64,000 nt of DNA from positions 6,882,001 through 6,946,000 of the forward strand of contig OZ059900.1 of the NCBI GenBank assembly GCA_964057225.1, read 5' to 3'. A program made the translations under genes and the position numbers. The notes under the pieces were generated by a model that worked only from the letters and a program-made list of their open reading frames with translations, was not told the origin of the DNA and did not search any database. This document shows positions 50,575 through 64,000 of this stretch, one piece after another; position 1 is the first letter of the stretch; each line of letters starts with the position of its first letter. The DNA is from Auanema rhodensis (Eukaryota; Animalia; Nematoda).

Positions 50575-53500
50575 TATTGTGCTTGTATGACTTTTTTTTT
50601 CTCTTTTCGAGTGTTCTCCTCTTCTAATAATTTTCTTCGAAAACTATTTCTTGCGTGATTACATGGCTCAAAAACTATTTTGTTCTTTGTTTATAATAAC
50701 AAGGTAGTTAATAGTACTATCTCTTTTTATCCTGTTTTTTTTTTAAGTTTTTATCTGTTTGTGTATTTACTGTTCGAATTTGCCAGTGTATGTTTTGATC
50801 TCTCTTCTGCTATTTAGATAGCCATAATAACTATTTTCTCTTCAGTTATATCTTCTATAGACATTCTATTATTTTATTATATGTATAATTACCTCTGCAT
50901 AATCCAAAGAAATGCATTTTACCCAATGTTCCGAGCTTTTGCTGTATTTTTTGTTTGTTGGTGTTATATTATTGTATCGAAGAGATTTCTATTTTTTCTC
51001 AAACTCGCCTGTAGCATTTTACGTGTTGTTATGATATCAATTGCATTAAAGCACATTTTCCAGGTTTGAATACTCATTTCTTGACACACATGCAGTGCAA
51101 AGTTCATTTCAGTAAATACAAAAATTAAGAAGATGTAAACAAAAGAAAATATAATTTTTAATTATAGAATTTCTTATTCTATATAGATCAAATACAAAAT
51201 ACTTTATTGATTAAGTACAATATATATATATATATTACGGGAAATGGTATGAAAATACAATGTATTCGTTTATTTGTTATTGCACCTAGTTTGTCTGTTT
51301 TAATCCACTGAATTTAGCTAGATTGTATAAATGTTCTTCATTATTATCTCTGTCATACATGTTATTTGCCACATAGTTCATACATTATCGCCGCTTATTA
51401 CATCATGAAAACAATCCTGAATCCACGTCAATATAATAAGGGTAGTTAGGCTTCAAACTGACTATAAACTCTGTTTCTACTATCAATTGAGTGAATGCAC
51501 ATGCTCAATTTTAAGATATAGAGATAAATATTTAGCATCACTTTATGGATAATAATTCAGTCTTGCTTGAGTGTCTGCATGACCTATTATTAATATTCTT
51601 CAATGATTATATGCTCACATGCTGTTTAAAAAGATTAATGTATATAGGAGGGGTCATGATGAACATTGCACAGACATTATAATCATTTTTCTCTTAGTTT
51701 CTCTCTTTGTAAACGCCGTAGAAGAATATGCGCTGTTGCTTATCTATTATATATCAAAATGGTATCCTTTTCGCATTTTCAATTCAATTAGATTATAGCT
51801 GAATGAGCATCTATAAGCAGCTAAGAAAGGGAATGCAATTTGTGATAGAGTATTGTAACGCTTAAACGATAAATGATTTATTGATAACGAATCCAATAAT
51901 CTCATACTTACAACTACACTTATTCAGATTATGACTTATGATGAATGATAGGACTTTTTGATGCAATATGATTAACTAGAAAAAAAGTTGAAGTGTAACC
52001 CGTTTTCCCTGATGTAATGAGCAAAATGAATTACTAATCACACGCACGTGTTGTCAAACTATCAAATTATATTGGGTATGATATCTAAGATTGTTAGAAA
52101 TTTATGATGAAAGTACATTTTTAAAAAAATGTTGAGGTTTAACTGAAAAAAAAACTACTTGTTCTAACAATTGATTTAAGCCTAATATTTCAACCAAACA
52201 AATAACAATTTACTAATTTTATTTTCATTTTCATTTGAAAGGACGTACAACTATATTTTGAATATATTATCATAAGCAATATAATAATAACACTTCCGGC
52301 TTTCTTTTACAATTTTAATAAAGAAATTGCTTCATATCTACCTTGGTGCATATTCTTTTTCTGCAAGAAGAAACAGGAGCATTAACACTTTTTTGTTCTA
52401 CTGCGATTGTTAAATTACATTGATAACTGTCATTTTTTGTGATGTTGTATAGACCGAAAAACTACTATAATTCAAATTTACAACGAGCCGTTAATTAAGC
52501 CTTATCAAGCATGTCCAAACATGTGAAAGTTTGGTAGTGAGGTCATTGAACTTGTTGCACTCTATAAATTATTAAAAAAATGGTGTATAATGATCCATAG
52601 TATTATTTTGTGTGATATTTTTAGATTTGATATCATGATTGTTTTTAGAACTCAATAGAGAAGGATTAAGATTAAAGGTTATTCAAACAATTATGTTATG
52701 GAAGTCACAAGAACAAAAATTAATTAAATTTTAAAAATAACCATACCAAATATAGAAATATCTTTATAGTAGCTTTAAAATTTATTTCTGCTCATTGGGT
52801 TCATTTTTCATTTCAAAAAATCCAAAAGCAGTAGTACATTTAATATAATAAAGAATAAATTACTGACATGCAAACAGAGAACTAGTGTTAGTGAAGGATT
52901 AATGTTGGATAATGATTCATTGGTTATTAATCTGAGTGTGAACGGAACGCCGTAAGCTTGCATCATTATTTAAACTTCTAAGGAAAATTTTGAACCGTGT
53001 GCACGTGGAAAGATAACTTCGCTAGTCGGCATTTGCTATAAAAGTGATATGGCTTACACTTTTATTCGTTTATGGTATACAGTTGCATTCATGTGTACAT
53101 TTATTTGTGCACATTTCCAAAAAAGACTTATCAATCAAATTTGAACTCGTAAAGTATTTTGAACCTTCAGGTTATTTATCTGTCATTTTATCCTGTTTTG
53201 TCTCACTTTTTCTCTATCTAAGTCTGTGAAAATGTTGATTTGTCTTCTTAATTTGGTATTTGTGCATTTGTATCGAATCAACATTTTTTTACAACTTATG
53301 GCTTTTTTAGTCTTTCAACGTCAGTGGTCCTATTCTTTAAAAAATTGATAGATGACGTGAAAGGTAGCTAAAACTATGATATGGCAATAAACTTAAAATC
53401 CGCTTACTTGTTCTCTGAAGAAGAAGACTCTCACTCTCTATAGTCTGTCAGAGATATGGGCTTGTTTTAAAAGATCGCTGTCATAGTTCAATCACTTTTG

Positions 53501-53765
53501 CCCTCCCCTCTTTTCAACTATCGTTTATCTGTTTCTATAATATCTCTTCATATTGCATTGTATTTTTCTTTTATTTAATCATTTCATTTTATCGTTAACT
53601 ATATCTATCAAGCTTTCTATCAGCATCTCCCTTGTACGTGTCTATTGCTGCTAGCGTGTCAACCCTGTTCCTGTCTCGCACCTCTTTTTGCTTTCTCTAC
53701 TTCAGCTACTATCATTTCAGAGGCCGATAAGAGCACGTCAGTCGGACGAGCTGCTTCCTCAAGAA

Positions 53766-56700
53766 ATGGTCGACTCCTCGACAACTCGCTCCCGCTCCAA
53801 AGGTATACATTGCTCCATTCGTGTATTTGATAATGAAGTAGATTTAATTGAAAAAAATGAATGAAAAATGCCAAAAGGTGAATAACCTTCGAATAAAACA
53901 AAAAAAAAATGTTGAAAAAATAGTTCATCTTGCGTGCTTCATTTACTTTTGATCCTCAGAAAAATTCCAATTTGAATGTAAAAAGGTCATATCAGTAGTC
54001 TGAACCTATTAATCTGATACCGTATGTAAACATGGCTCTTATGTAACGCACATGTATCAGATTAGACTTAATAGCTATTTAATGATTTTTTACGTAATTT
54101 TTTATTCAGAAGTTGGTTATTAGTTCCTTATATTGTTTATTTTTAAAAAAAACAACAACAAACATTTTCCATTTCTATTTCATATCTTTCACTTTCAGGT
54201 AGCCAGATGTCAGATATTGGACGGATACAGAAGCCTAAAACAGTGGTATATACATCATGGCCGGATATGATTAGGCATTGGCCTAAAACCACTTTATGTA
54301 TAGTATCTAACGAATTCTGTGAACGTTTTTCATATTATGGAATGAGAAGTTAGTTTACTTTTTTTATTTTTCTCTCAATTCATCCTATCTTCATCTGATA
54401 TATCACATGAACAAGAATAACATTTTGCTCTTGTTCTTGTTTTTATTTTTCTCAAGTATTCACTTTACTTTTTTTCATTTTTATTGATAGTATCCTATAT
54501 AATTAGGCAAACAATTCCATTTATTTATAATTTATTTTAATTTAATGACTGAAAAAACAAATCTTTTTTTCTAATATTTATTCTCAATATATTATTTTAT
54601 ATCAAGAATATAAAGATAGGAACAATATACAATATAATACTATCTATTCATCACTTACGTAGTATGTTCAAAATTTGGTTATCGAATGCTTGCATTTGTG
54701 ATGCAGAGAAAGGTTTCAAAGTTCTACTACTTATCATTCATATTTCTCTTTATTATGCTTTTTCTCTCTCAATGTTCAATGCTTTCTGCATAATTCTATT
54801 GACAAAGTAGCTTTAAACCACCCGTATGATACAATGATTCTTAATGAACTAAGAATATCTTCATACAAAGATTAATAGAACTTGAGATTATTTTTCTTAT
54901 TCTTGAACTCCATTGGCAATCTTTCTGTCTTCTTTCAGCACTATAATAGCTTTATCAGATAAGAACATCTTGTTGGCGATACGTAATCAGAAATGTCAAA
55001 ATGCTAAGTGAAAATATGCATGTGGTTAAAAATATTAAGTCGTTTGAATAGATCAATTATAGAAATTGAGAATATATGTGATAAAAACAAAATGAAAATA
55101 GAAAGTAATGAAAAAGCGCATGTGCTCATTAACTCTAGTGTCACAAATATTCATCAACTTTCTGATACACCGTAACATTAGCCTTTGAAGAAAGACGGCG
55201 TACACAGAATGTTATGTCGACTTTCAAACTCCTTAGGTTTTGAATGTTTATTTCCAAAAACAAAGAAAAATAGCCGCGAGAATTTCAGAAAAGTACCAAA
55301 TAAGACAAATCCTTCTCAAAACAAAAAAAATAAGAAACACTTTTTTGTATCTTGATGTTAAGACTACAATCATCAAGATCATATTGATATTTGCGCGGTT
55401 CTGTACATCTTTCCTCAATAGTCTTTCTAATTCAAATACTCTCATTGTTTTTTAAACACAAATCTCAACGACATTTGCTCCTATTTTTCTAAAATATTAT
55501 TTGACCTAATTTGTAAATTATATGATATATAATTAATTATTTTTTTCAGCCGTACTTATTCTGTACTTATTGAATGTACTAAAGTTTTCGGATAATGAAT
55601 CAACCATTTTCTTCAATGCTTTCACTGTGCTCTGTTATACGACTCCCATGTTGGGTTCAATTGTTGCTGACGGATACATCGGAAAATTCTGGTAGGCTTA
55701 ATAGTTAATGAAGGGTTAAATGGAATACTAAAAACGTGTATAGGACAATTTTTGCTGTATCAATTCTGTATGCTGCTGGTCAAGTTATCTTAGCTATTGC
55801 CTCAACGCAAAATCAAGAATCGAGTGTGCATCCGTTAGTTTTACATTTTTTTCTTTTAATTTTTCTTTAATTTGTTGCTATTTCCACAGCAGCAATATAG
55901 TTTGTGCTTTGTAGATATGTATCAAAGTTGAATTTTTTACTTCAATATCAGTATCATCAATCCCATTTGGGTTCTTAAAGATTATTGTATTGCTGTCGAT
56001 TTTTTGATAAGCCTAAGTAGCACTTTAGAATGCTAAACGATACCACGCATATCATATTGCAGCGATCCCCTATCTCAAACATAAAAATGATTAATTCATA
56101 AACAGATTAAAAGTTTAAAAATATAAATAATGTCAGGTACCATATTTATGAAAAAATATAAAATTATAGATGGATGGATATGTCTGGTTTATTGATTATT
56201 GGTTTTGGTACTGGAGGAATTAAGCCATGTGTAGCAGCTTTCGGAGGAGATCAATTTGAAGTTGGACAAGAACGGATGTTATCTCTTTTCTTCTCTATGT
56301 TCTACTTCTCCATCAACGCTGGTTCTATGATTTCTACCTTCATTTCTCCAATCTTTCGCTGTAATAACCACATCGTGTGCAGAATATCAATGTGTATCGT
56401 AATTTTCAGCTAAACCATGTCTTGGGCAAGATTCATGCTACCCGCTAGCTTTTGGTATTCCAGCAGTTCTTATGGTCTTGGCTACAGGTTTTTAGAAAAC
56501 GGCATGAAATCAAATATTATTCTTATTTACAGCAATTTTCATGGCTGGTTCCTTCTGGTACAAGAAGCCTCCTCCAAAGGAGAATATTTTCGGAGAAGTA
56601 TCTAGAGTTATGGTGGTATGTTTTTCTGTTTTTATAGACAAAACTCAAACATGATATATTCCAGCGCGCCGTTGCCAACAAAACCAAATCTAAGAATAAG

Positions 56701-58976
56701 CACGAGCATTGGCTCGATTATTATTTGGACAATCACTCTTGCTCAGATGACGCAAAGTATTAGTAATTAAAATAATTTTAACTAATGAAATAATTTAGAT
56801 GTCTTGAACTTCAAGCCGAAAAGCGAAAAAGCGATGTTTGCCAGAAGAGAAACTTTGTTGATGATGTCAAGTCTCTTTTGCGTGTTCTTGTGATGTTCTT
56901 GCCTGTACCAATGTTTTGGGCTCTCTACGATCAGCAGGGATCCGTCTGGCTTATTCAAGGCATATAGCTTTTTAAAAGTTTTATGTAAACAGATATGATT
57001 TAAGGTATTCAAATGGATTGCCGTGTAGGAAGTGTTCTAGTGCTTCCTGATCAAATGCAAACTTTGAATGCTGTGTTAATTCTTTGTTTTATTCCATTGT
57101 TCCAAGTTATTATATATCCAGTTGCATCATATTTTATCGAATTAACGTAAGCATGAATTTGAATTCTATAATTTGATAACCCATAATCCTTATAGCCCTC
57201 TCCGTAAGATGGTTGCAGGAGGTCTTTTGGCTTCTTTATCCTTCTTAATCACTGGATTTGTGCAGCTACAAGTTAATGTAAGTAAAATTAATAAAACCAC
57301 ATGATGATTATTGTGAGAATGTTTGTAGACAACGTTACCTCCCTTTCCGGTAAATGGAGAAGCTTTTGTCAGTGTATGGAACCAGCTGCCAAATCAAACC
57401 CAATGTACAATTATAGCTTCATATGGAGACCGAACTGCTTCTTTGCTCCCTGGACAAGTGCGCTTGATTTCTTTTTGCCTAATTGAAGTTTTTTTTAAGG
57501 CTATTTCTGATAGCAAGAAATCTGGCTCAACTACTTTCCACGTAACTTATCCCAGTAGTAAGCTACCTAAGAAGATAGATCCATGGAATGTTGATATTGG
57601 TCTAAAATATCAAGGAGCTGGATGCCCCACAAACTTGCCAAACAAACAAACTATTACTGTTACTAACACGAAATTCCATTTTATTGGTATCAGCAGTAAT
57701 GGAGCCTACTCTGGACCAGTTAAGCCAAACAAACCAACTCAGGGAACAGGAGAATTCTCTATGTCGTAAGTATAAAATTGATCACATAAAGCTAATTTAC
57801 TTACAATGGCAGAATCATCACTACCATGGACAAACCATATGCATCAAACTTTGCAATGTGCCGTATTATACCTGGTTCCGATCCTAAGTATCCATGTAAT
57901 CCTAAGAGTCCATCTGACTTCTATTACTGGGAAATCTGGTACAACAGAGGAACTGTAAGACCAAAAGTAAAATAATTTTCAAAACTGGTTGTATTAAGGA
58001 TGATCGTATCGCTAACGGCACCTATCACCAAGTAAATAAAAGTGGTGGCAACGCAGTTATCTACGACTTTAAACCTGTTAAGCCCGGAGAGTAAGTGAAA
58101 TGACTTTTTATTTGAATAAACAATACTGAAATTTAGCTGGGAATTATTCTACATGTACAATACTCCAAAAAACATTGATACTCCACCAACTATGCCAAAA
58201 GAAAAAGTTCAAGTAAAATCAACTGGATTCAAGTATAGCACACAAACACAAGGATCAGTTCAAATGTTTGCGTTAACTGGAGATATAGTATAAATAACCG
58301 CTTATGTTCTTATTATATTACTCTGTTATAGAATCACCCAACCGTTTATCAATGGGAAGTTGTACATTCTAATTCTGTTAATATTCTCTGGCAAATTCCT
58401 CAAATTGTTGTCATCACAGCAGCTGAAATTCTCTTCTCTGTTACAGGATACGAGTTTGCTTATTCTCAGGTATGTCTTAAAAAAACAAAAATAAGCTAAG
58501 ATTTTTTTTCAGTCTGCTCCTTCAATGAAAGCTTTAGTTCAAGCTCTGTGGCTGCTTACAACAGCTATCGGAGACTCAATCATTGTACTTATCACTGCTC
58601 TTAATCTTTTTACTAATATGGCTACTCAGTTTTTTGCCTACGCAGGTTTGTAGCAATAACAACATTTAATTTAAAAACAACGAACAAGAAAAGAATAAAA
58701 AAATTTTACCTATAAACTTCAGGTGTCATGGCAGGTGTAATAGGTATCTTTGCTCTTCTGTCCATTTTCTATTATGAGTATAACTATTATACCAAGGAAG
58801 AGGAAGATGATGAAGATGAAATCGAAAGTCTTCATTCTTCATGTAATGGAAGCTACCTAGCTGTTCCAGCTTTAGAAAATAAGGTATGTTTCATAAAACA
58901 CAACACGTTACCTAACTTATCTCTTTTTCAGGGATATATCGAAGATATAGAGGCAGAAATGGATATTCGTTTCTAG
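53766..58976 (+). CDS. pept-1: Proton-coupled oligopeptide transporter (SLC15/POT), intestinal type
   Basis: Contains WPDMIRHWPKTTLCIVSNEFCERFSYYGMR (ExxERFxYY), GTGGIKPCVAAFGGDQF, FSMFYFSINAGS and FWALYDQQGS. The N-terminus closely resembles C. elegans PEPT-1 as I recall it. Exon 1 (53766-53802) splices in frame to 54199. Confidence 0.93.
54952..54963. promoter_or_regulatory. Back-to-back GATA sites (TTATCAGATAAG) in the long second intron of pept-1, candidate ELT-2-type intestinal enhancer
   Basis: The motif is seen directly, and other TGATAA/TTATCA sites occur in this intron and upstream. Such hexamers are frequent by chance in AT-rich DNA. Confidence 0.3.
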
Positions 58977-60009
58977 ACCTTATAGAATTATTAAAACAAA
59001 ATATTGTAAGAAATATATATTGATTCCAAAAATATAATAAATATGCTATTTCCTATCACTTGTTCTTTCCCTTTCATGGCATTTCCAGTCCTCACAATGA
59101 AGAATCTAACAAATTTAACAAAAGCTCATGGCGCATTCAACAATATCAAAAAAAAAGAAGAAGAATAAAATGGCTTACAGCGAATACTTAATCATCATCG
59201 TTTTAGACCTTAAATTCAACCAATTTACATGGCATTTACACCCGGCTTATCCTAATTATGACCAATGCTTAGATGTTCAATTTGAGCTTCATCATCATTT
59301 GAATAAGAAGCAACCTCCCAAATAGTATGTTCTATATCATTGCCAAAGCTACACATGTAGAATATCAATTAAACACTTACAAATACAGCAACGTAGTTGT
59401 TCTTATCGGCATTATTAAATAAGGTTAAATATGATGAGTCGGCTCATCTCAACATATACATACTTCTAATAACATAAGGAAACTATGCGCAGCTGAAATG
59501 ACTCAGAAAATTTAGAACGATCGGAGAAAATGTCAATTTTGAAGTTTTCAACTTTACTTGCTTTCATAATGAACTTAAGGTTCTTCATTTTGTTGTTTTT
59601 TCAGTCGTTCGGGGGAATAGTCATAGCCATATGTTGCTGAACAAAATACTGCGACATTATGTTTATTAAAAGTAAACTCACTAATAATGACAATGTAGAT
59701 GCGCTAGCTCATTATGTTTTGCCTTCATCTACGATTTGACTCACTAGTAGACCATACAGACGTTCACTAGTCTCTTAATCATTGTCTTGTTTCAGCCCTT
59801 TTTTGTCATTGCCGAACGTTTCGGCCTACTGGACGGCTGTTCTCCACATTACTTGCCCTTTCTTATTTCATTAAAGTCTGTTTCATCGTTTTATATTTGG
59901 TCAAACGCCACAGCTTCTTTCTGAAACTAGAGCATCATTTCAGATGTAACCTGTAAAAAGCAATTTTTTCAGACTAAACTTGAGTTCCAAACTTAACCAA
60001 CTTGAAGTT

Positions 60010-61399
60010 ATGAAGATTTTGGTGATTTCTATACTTTGTGCGGTTAGCTAAATTAGAATTTAGTTAGATAAATAATATTCATTCTTCAGGTCATGTGGTC
60101 GAAAGTATTCGGTAATGAGACAATTATGGCTATTCATCCCGAATCAAATATGACGACAACTCTTGAGACAAATATCACATTGCCTATATTAAATATGAGT
60201 GAAAATTCAGATGAACATCAATTAACAAGCTTCGAAAAGTTTTTAACTTTTACCAACATATTCATAAGTGAGTTGAAAAAATAAAAAAAATATATACTAA
60301 GCTGCTTCTAGGATTTGCTATCATTTTGCTGTGCGTGGGTATGACTATCTATTTTTTATTGGAAGCTGCACAAAATTGCTTAACAAATCGATCTAATAGG
60401 GGAAATGAAGAAAACGGAAGCCAACATGCTGAAATTAACAACCTGGAACCCGTACTGAGTGATGCGCGCATGGATATTTATTCAAATTTTGGAACAAGCA
60501 CTCTGGAGCGTGAGTTGGCAGATATTATTAATGAAAATATGCGAGAAATTTGCTCTACTCCTCAAAAAGTTGATATCGCAGTAGGAACTGATGATCTTGA
60601 TGCAACTGCTAAAACAAGTGAAGAAATAGTTTGTATGGACGTCGAAAAATTGGAAGACAAGAAAGCTAACAAGACTATTGTTCCTCCTCCTGAAATTGAA
60701 ATACTTCCTGGATTTAATCCTAATATTGGTGTGAAGAAGTCCAACATTCCAAAGTTTGAAAAAACAATAATAAAGCCAACTAACAGCACAGTTAAGAGAA
60801 TAGTCACCAAATCAATATCCAGCTCTTCAACTGAGAATGATAGCGATAGCACACTTACTCCGTATAATAACACCGACAAATTGTCTTCTGAGGTTAGTAC
60901 CAGCCGGACAAGTAGAACAGATGTAGATGAAACCATTTGTGATGAAATCAAGACATCCAAGACCACGGAAGAAGCCACTGCAACTGATACTGAAATTAAG
61001 AAAACTGACAATGAGACTAAGAATAAAAGCACTCACATTTCTCACACGAACGAGACCAAACCTTCCGCAAAAAAAACCAAGAATGCTCCGTCAAAGCCAC
61101 CAAGAAGAATGACTGTGAGTTTCAGCAAAGCCAACGACAAGGAAGAGCCTACCGTTAAGCTACCTGTTGATAGAGTTTTCAAAAAGTCCCCAGTTCCTGT
61201 TTATCCTGCTGACTATCATTCAGCTACAATCTCTGAGATCAGGATTGAACAAGTCAGTACTTTGGAGCACAAATCTGTTAACTGCTATGCACTATCCGTA
61301 CCCGAAACTAAACAAGAGAAAGCAACTGATAACAACCACGTTGCCATCACTATGTCTGTCGAAGACAAATTGGACGAGGAAGAGGTTTCTCACGTATAA
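60010..61399 (+). CDS. Orphan type I membrane protein with S/T/K-rich cytoplasmic tail and C-terminal class I PDZ-binding motif (-SHV)
   Basis: Signal peptide MKILVISILCA|VMWSKVFG, a short ectodomain with NET/NMT/NIT/NMS sequons, TM FAIILLCVGMTIYFLL, then ORF 60326-61399. Confidence 0.8.
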
Positions 61400-61927
61400 T
61401 TGTTTGTAAATGAAGCTTACCAGTAACCCATAGATGTCATTATATAATTGCTTGACTAACTATTGTTTAAAACATTTTATACTCTTTAATTCTTTTTTTA
61501 ACTGCAAGACATCTTATTATAACATAAATATAAATATTGCATACCTTTATTTAATAATATTAACTATAGATTATGCTTACAATAAATATAAATGACTACA
61601 TTGTCAGAAAAAAGTGAGAGGTCAGCAAAAAGAAGCCAAATGAGAATAAAATGACAAACAATACATGAAGATGGTGCCAAATATTCAGACAAATATCATT
61701 GAATATTTGTGACCTACAATATTAAACTACAATACATTCAAAACGGTTCATAGATCATGACACAACGTAACTTTTGATCTAAAAATGTTTTTTTTTTGTT
61801 TTTCTATAGTTTGTTTTATTTGAAATATTTGAATTGATTGTTTTGTAAAATGGATTCATCACGTAATACAGTAATACTTATTAAATAAATAATTTTTGTT
61901 CAAAAAGATATCAAGAGATTTATGTAT

Positions 61928-63016
61928 TCAAAAACTCATATTATTCATAGTATTTGTCAAAATTAGAGGATCGTTTTCTTTCAGATCATCGCTTACAGAA
62001 GTTTCAATCATTTCAACTTCATCGGCAATAACATGAGTTTCGAGATGATTCACAGATTTAAGTATTGGAGTCTCAGAACCTGGTGATTTAATGACAAAAT
62101 CATCTTCGTTTTTGAATGGAAGGGTGAACTTAACTATCGGATGGCTGGCACGTTTATAATCCCAATCCATATCCTCGTCACCTTCGGGTTCACCATCGGA
62201 TGGTGGAGTTAACGTTACATTTGGCAGTTCGTTGTTCTCTGATGTCATGGTTTCCATAAAGATTACGTCTTCGTCGTTGCTTTCGCTGTTACTATCAAAA
62301 CAGGAATCAAGTTCGGATTCACGATCATTAGTATACAAGTCAATGCTGACAGTATCTTCCTCACGAATAAATTCCAAGTGACGAGCAAAACCAATATTAC
62401 GGTGTTCTGTGTATGTACGATGATTCAATCGGCATCCGGATTCCAAGTTATGGCTTAAGACAGGTAAATCGGTGACAGTATTGCGCCGAAAATGGTAAAG
62501 CGGGTCAATACACACAAAGGGAAACAAGCTTCTCAAGATGTACATCACAGCTAATATACAAGATACAACCCAAAGGACTCCTAAGAAAATTAAAAATTAC
62601 TCAAGAAAGACACGTTTCAGCTTACGAATAATGCTTCCGATAATCAGTGTAATTTCTCCCATACTGGTGTCGACAAAACCATTCCAGCCGGGAACCTCAG
62701 AAGTGTCGTTCATCTTAGTTGAAAAAGAGGAGCAGATGATCTAAAGAGTATAATTGAGAAAATGCTTGATTCGCATGCCCTATTGAGCTTCAATACGAAA
62801 ATCGTTTATAAAAATCTCATTTTATAGCTCAATTAGATGAAATTTAACAAGAAAAAATATCTCTTCAACACTTATTTGATTTGTCTAAAAGCAATGAAGC
62901 TAACGAAGAAGAATACTATTATAGTTTTCTAATAAATAAGAAATACATTTAAGCAGTTTAGAGTGTTTTGAGATACTCACCGACAACAAAATGAAGGTAA
63001 TTTGCACAAGATGCAT
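61928..63016 (-). CDS. Orphan type I membrane protein with acidic cytoplasmic tail
   Basis: Reads MHLVQITFILLS|IICSSFSTKMNDTSEV...IIGSIIR|VLWVVSCILAVMYILRSLFPF, spliced in frame to ORF 61928-62548. Confidence 0.8.
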
Positions 63017-64000
63017 CCTGACCGCACACCAAAATTAATGAGACACAAATGCCGAACGTTCAAAACTCTATAGTTTATGTAAGTAAGCATAAGAAACTAA
63101 TTGAAAATAGGAAAAAGGAGAAGTATGAAATGCTCTGTCAACTAAAGATTATTCATAATTTAGATGAAGAGCATGCTATTTTCAGATAAGCAAAGGGTAG
63201 TTGATTTATATTTCTCTCATTAACAAAATATTTCTTCAAATTTCGATGCAACTCAGGCATAATAGCATGTGTATACTTAGTTTACACGCATGATTTGAAA
63301 GTTGTTGTCATTTTGATTGAAATAATAAAAAAACCTAAAAAGAATTGAAACTGCGAAATCAAAGCAAAAGAAATGTAAACAATTTATAAAATGTGAAATT
63401 TTCTTTTTTTCAATAATATTTCGGCATAAGGCACAAACCCCAAAAATTAGAGATATACCGACAAATGATGGATAGCTGCTTAATAATCATTTTCTTCTTT
63501 TCCTCAAAAAAAATATTTATTTATGCCTTGTTAATAAACAATATGAAATAAAATAATGAATATTCCAATTTATAAATATTTACATCTGTCAATAATTAAT
63601 CTTTGCTTATTTCATTCATTATTTTCAAATATGTTAACAGAATTTAAAGAGAATAGATATTCATAGATTTATGAAAAATGATTATTAATTAATTATCACA
63701 ATATCTATAAGATATTAGAATAATTATATTATCTGGAGAAATAATATGATAACTATAATTTTAGATAACTATTATCTTAAATGAAATATTATATATTTAT
63801 TTCAGTTTTGACTTTTGTTTGAAGAATAAGTCAGTTTTCATAATTTTTTGTGATAAAAGAAGAATGTAACAATATTTTCAATTATATACGATTCATACAG
63901 AAAAAGAACAAAAAAATAGTTTTCGTTTTAAAAATTAAAATAAAATAATTATTGTCATGGGAAGGGCCACTAACTGCTTCACCATAAAGAGTAATCTATG

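Noticed and set aside
60562-61045. Minus-strand hydrophobic ORFs
   Set aside because: Antisense shadows of the T/K-rich exon of the 60010-61399 gene.
1-64000. tRNA, rRNA, telomeric TTAGGC arrays or DNA-elimination breakpoints
   Set aside because: None recognised by eye. tRNAscan-SE and Infernal would be needed to exclude small RNAs.

Overview
AT-rich eukaryotic DNA from a rhabditid nematode: many 40-55 nt introns, TTTCAG/TTTTAG acceptors, and close C. elegans-like orthologues. The supplied ORF track mostly shows exon fragments or antisense shadows, so gene models below were spliced by hand. The right half (~31-64 kb) holds conserved genes: MFSD10, tweety, a signal-anchored CPYS glutaredoxin, mtm-5/SBF and pept-1, plus a convergent pair of orphan single-pass membrane genes. 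The left half (~1-30 kb) is an accessory zone with two main structures. (1) A ~15 kb cluster of four divergent MATH-BTB (SPOP-like) genes: one intact, one with a BTB core deletion, one with a ~950-aa acidic SUMO/SIM-rich tail, and one pseudogene. It is bracketed by two inward-facing CDK2AP1/DOC-1 paralogues, one only 102 bp upstream of a BTB gene in an operon-like arrangement. (2) A 1.7 kb internally deleted Maverick/Polinton relic absent from the ORF track, with AGTA(G/T)T termini, a 6-bp TSD, and decayed adenain-like protease and pPolB fragments. Its left TIR is split by a near-perfect 575-bp inverted copy of host DNA lying just outside its right TIR.
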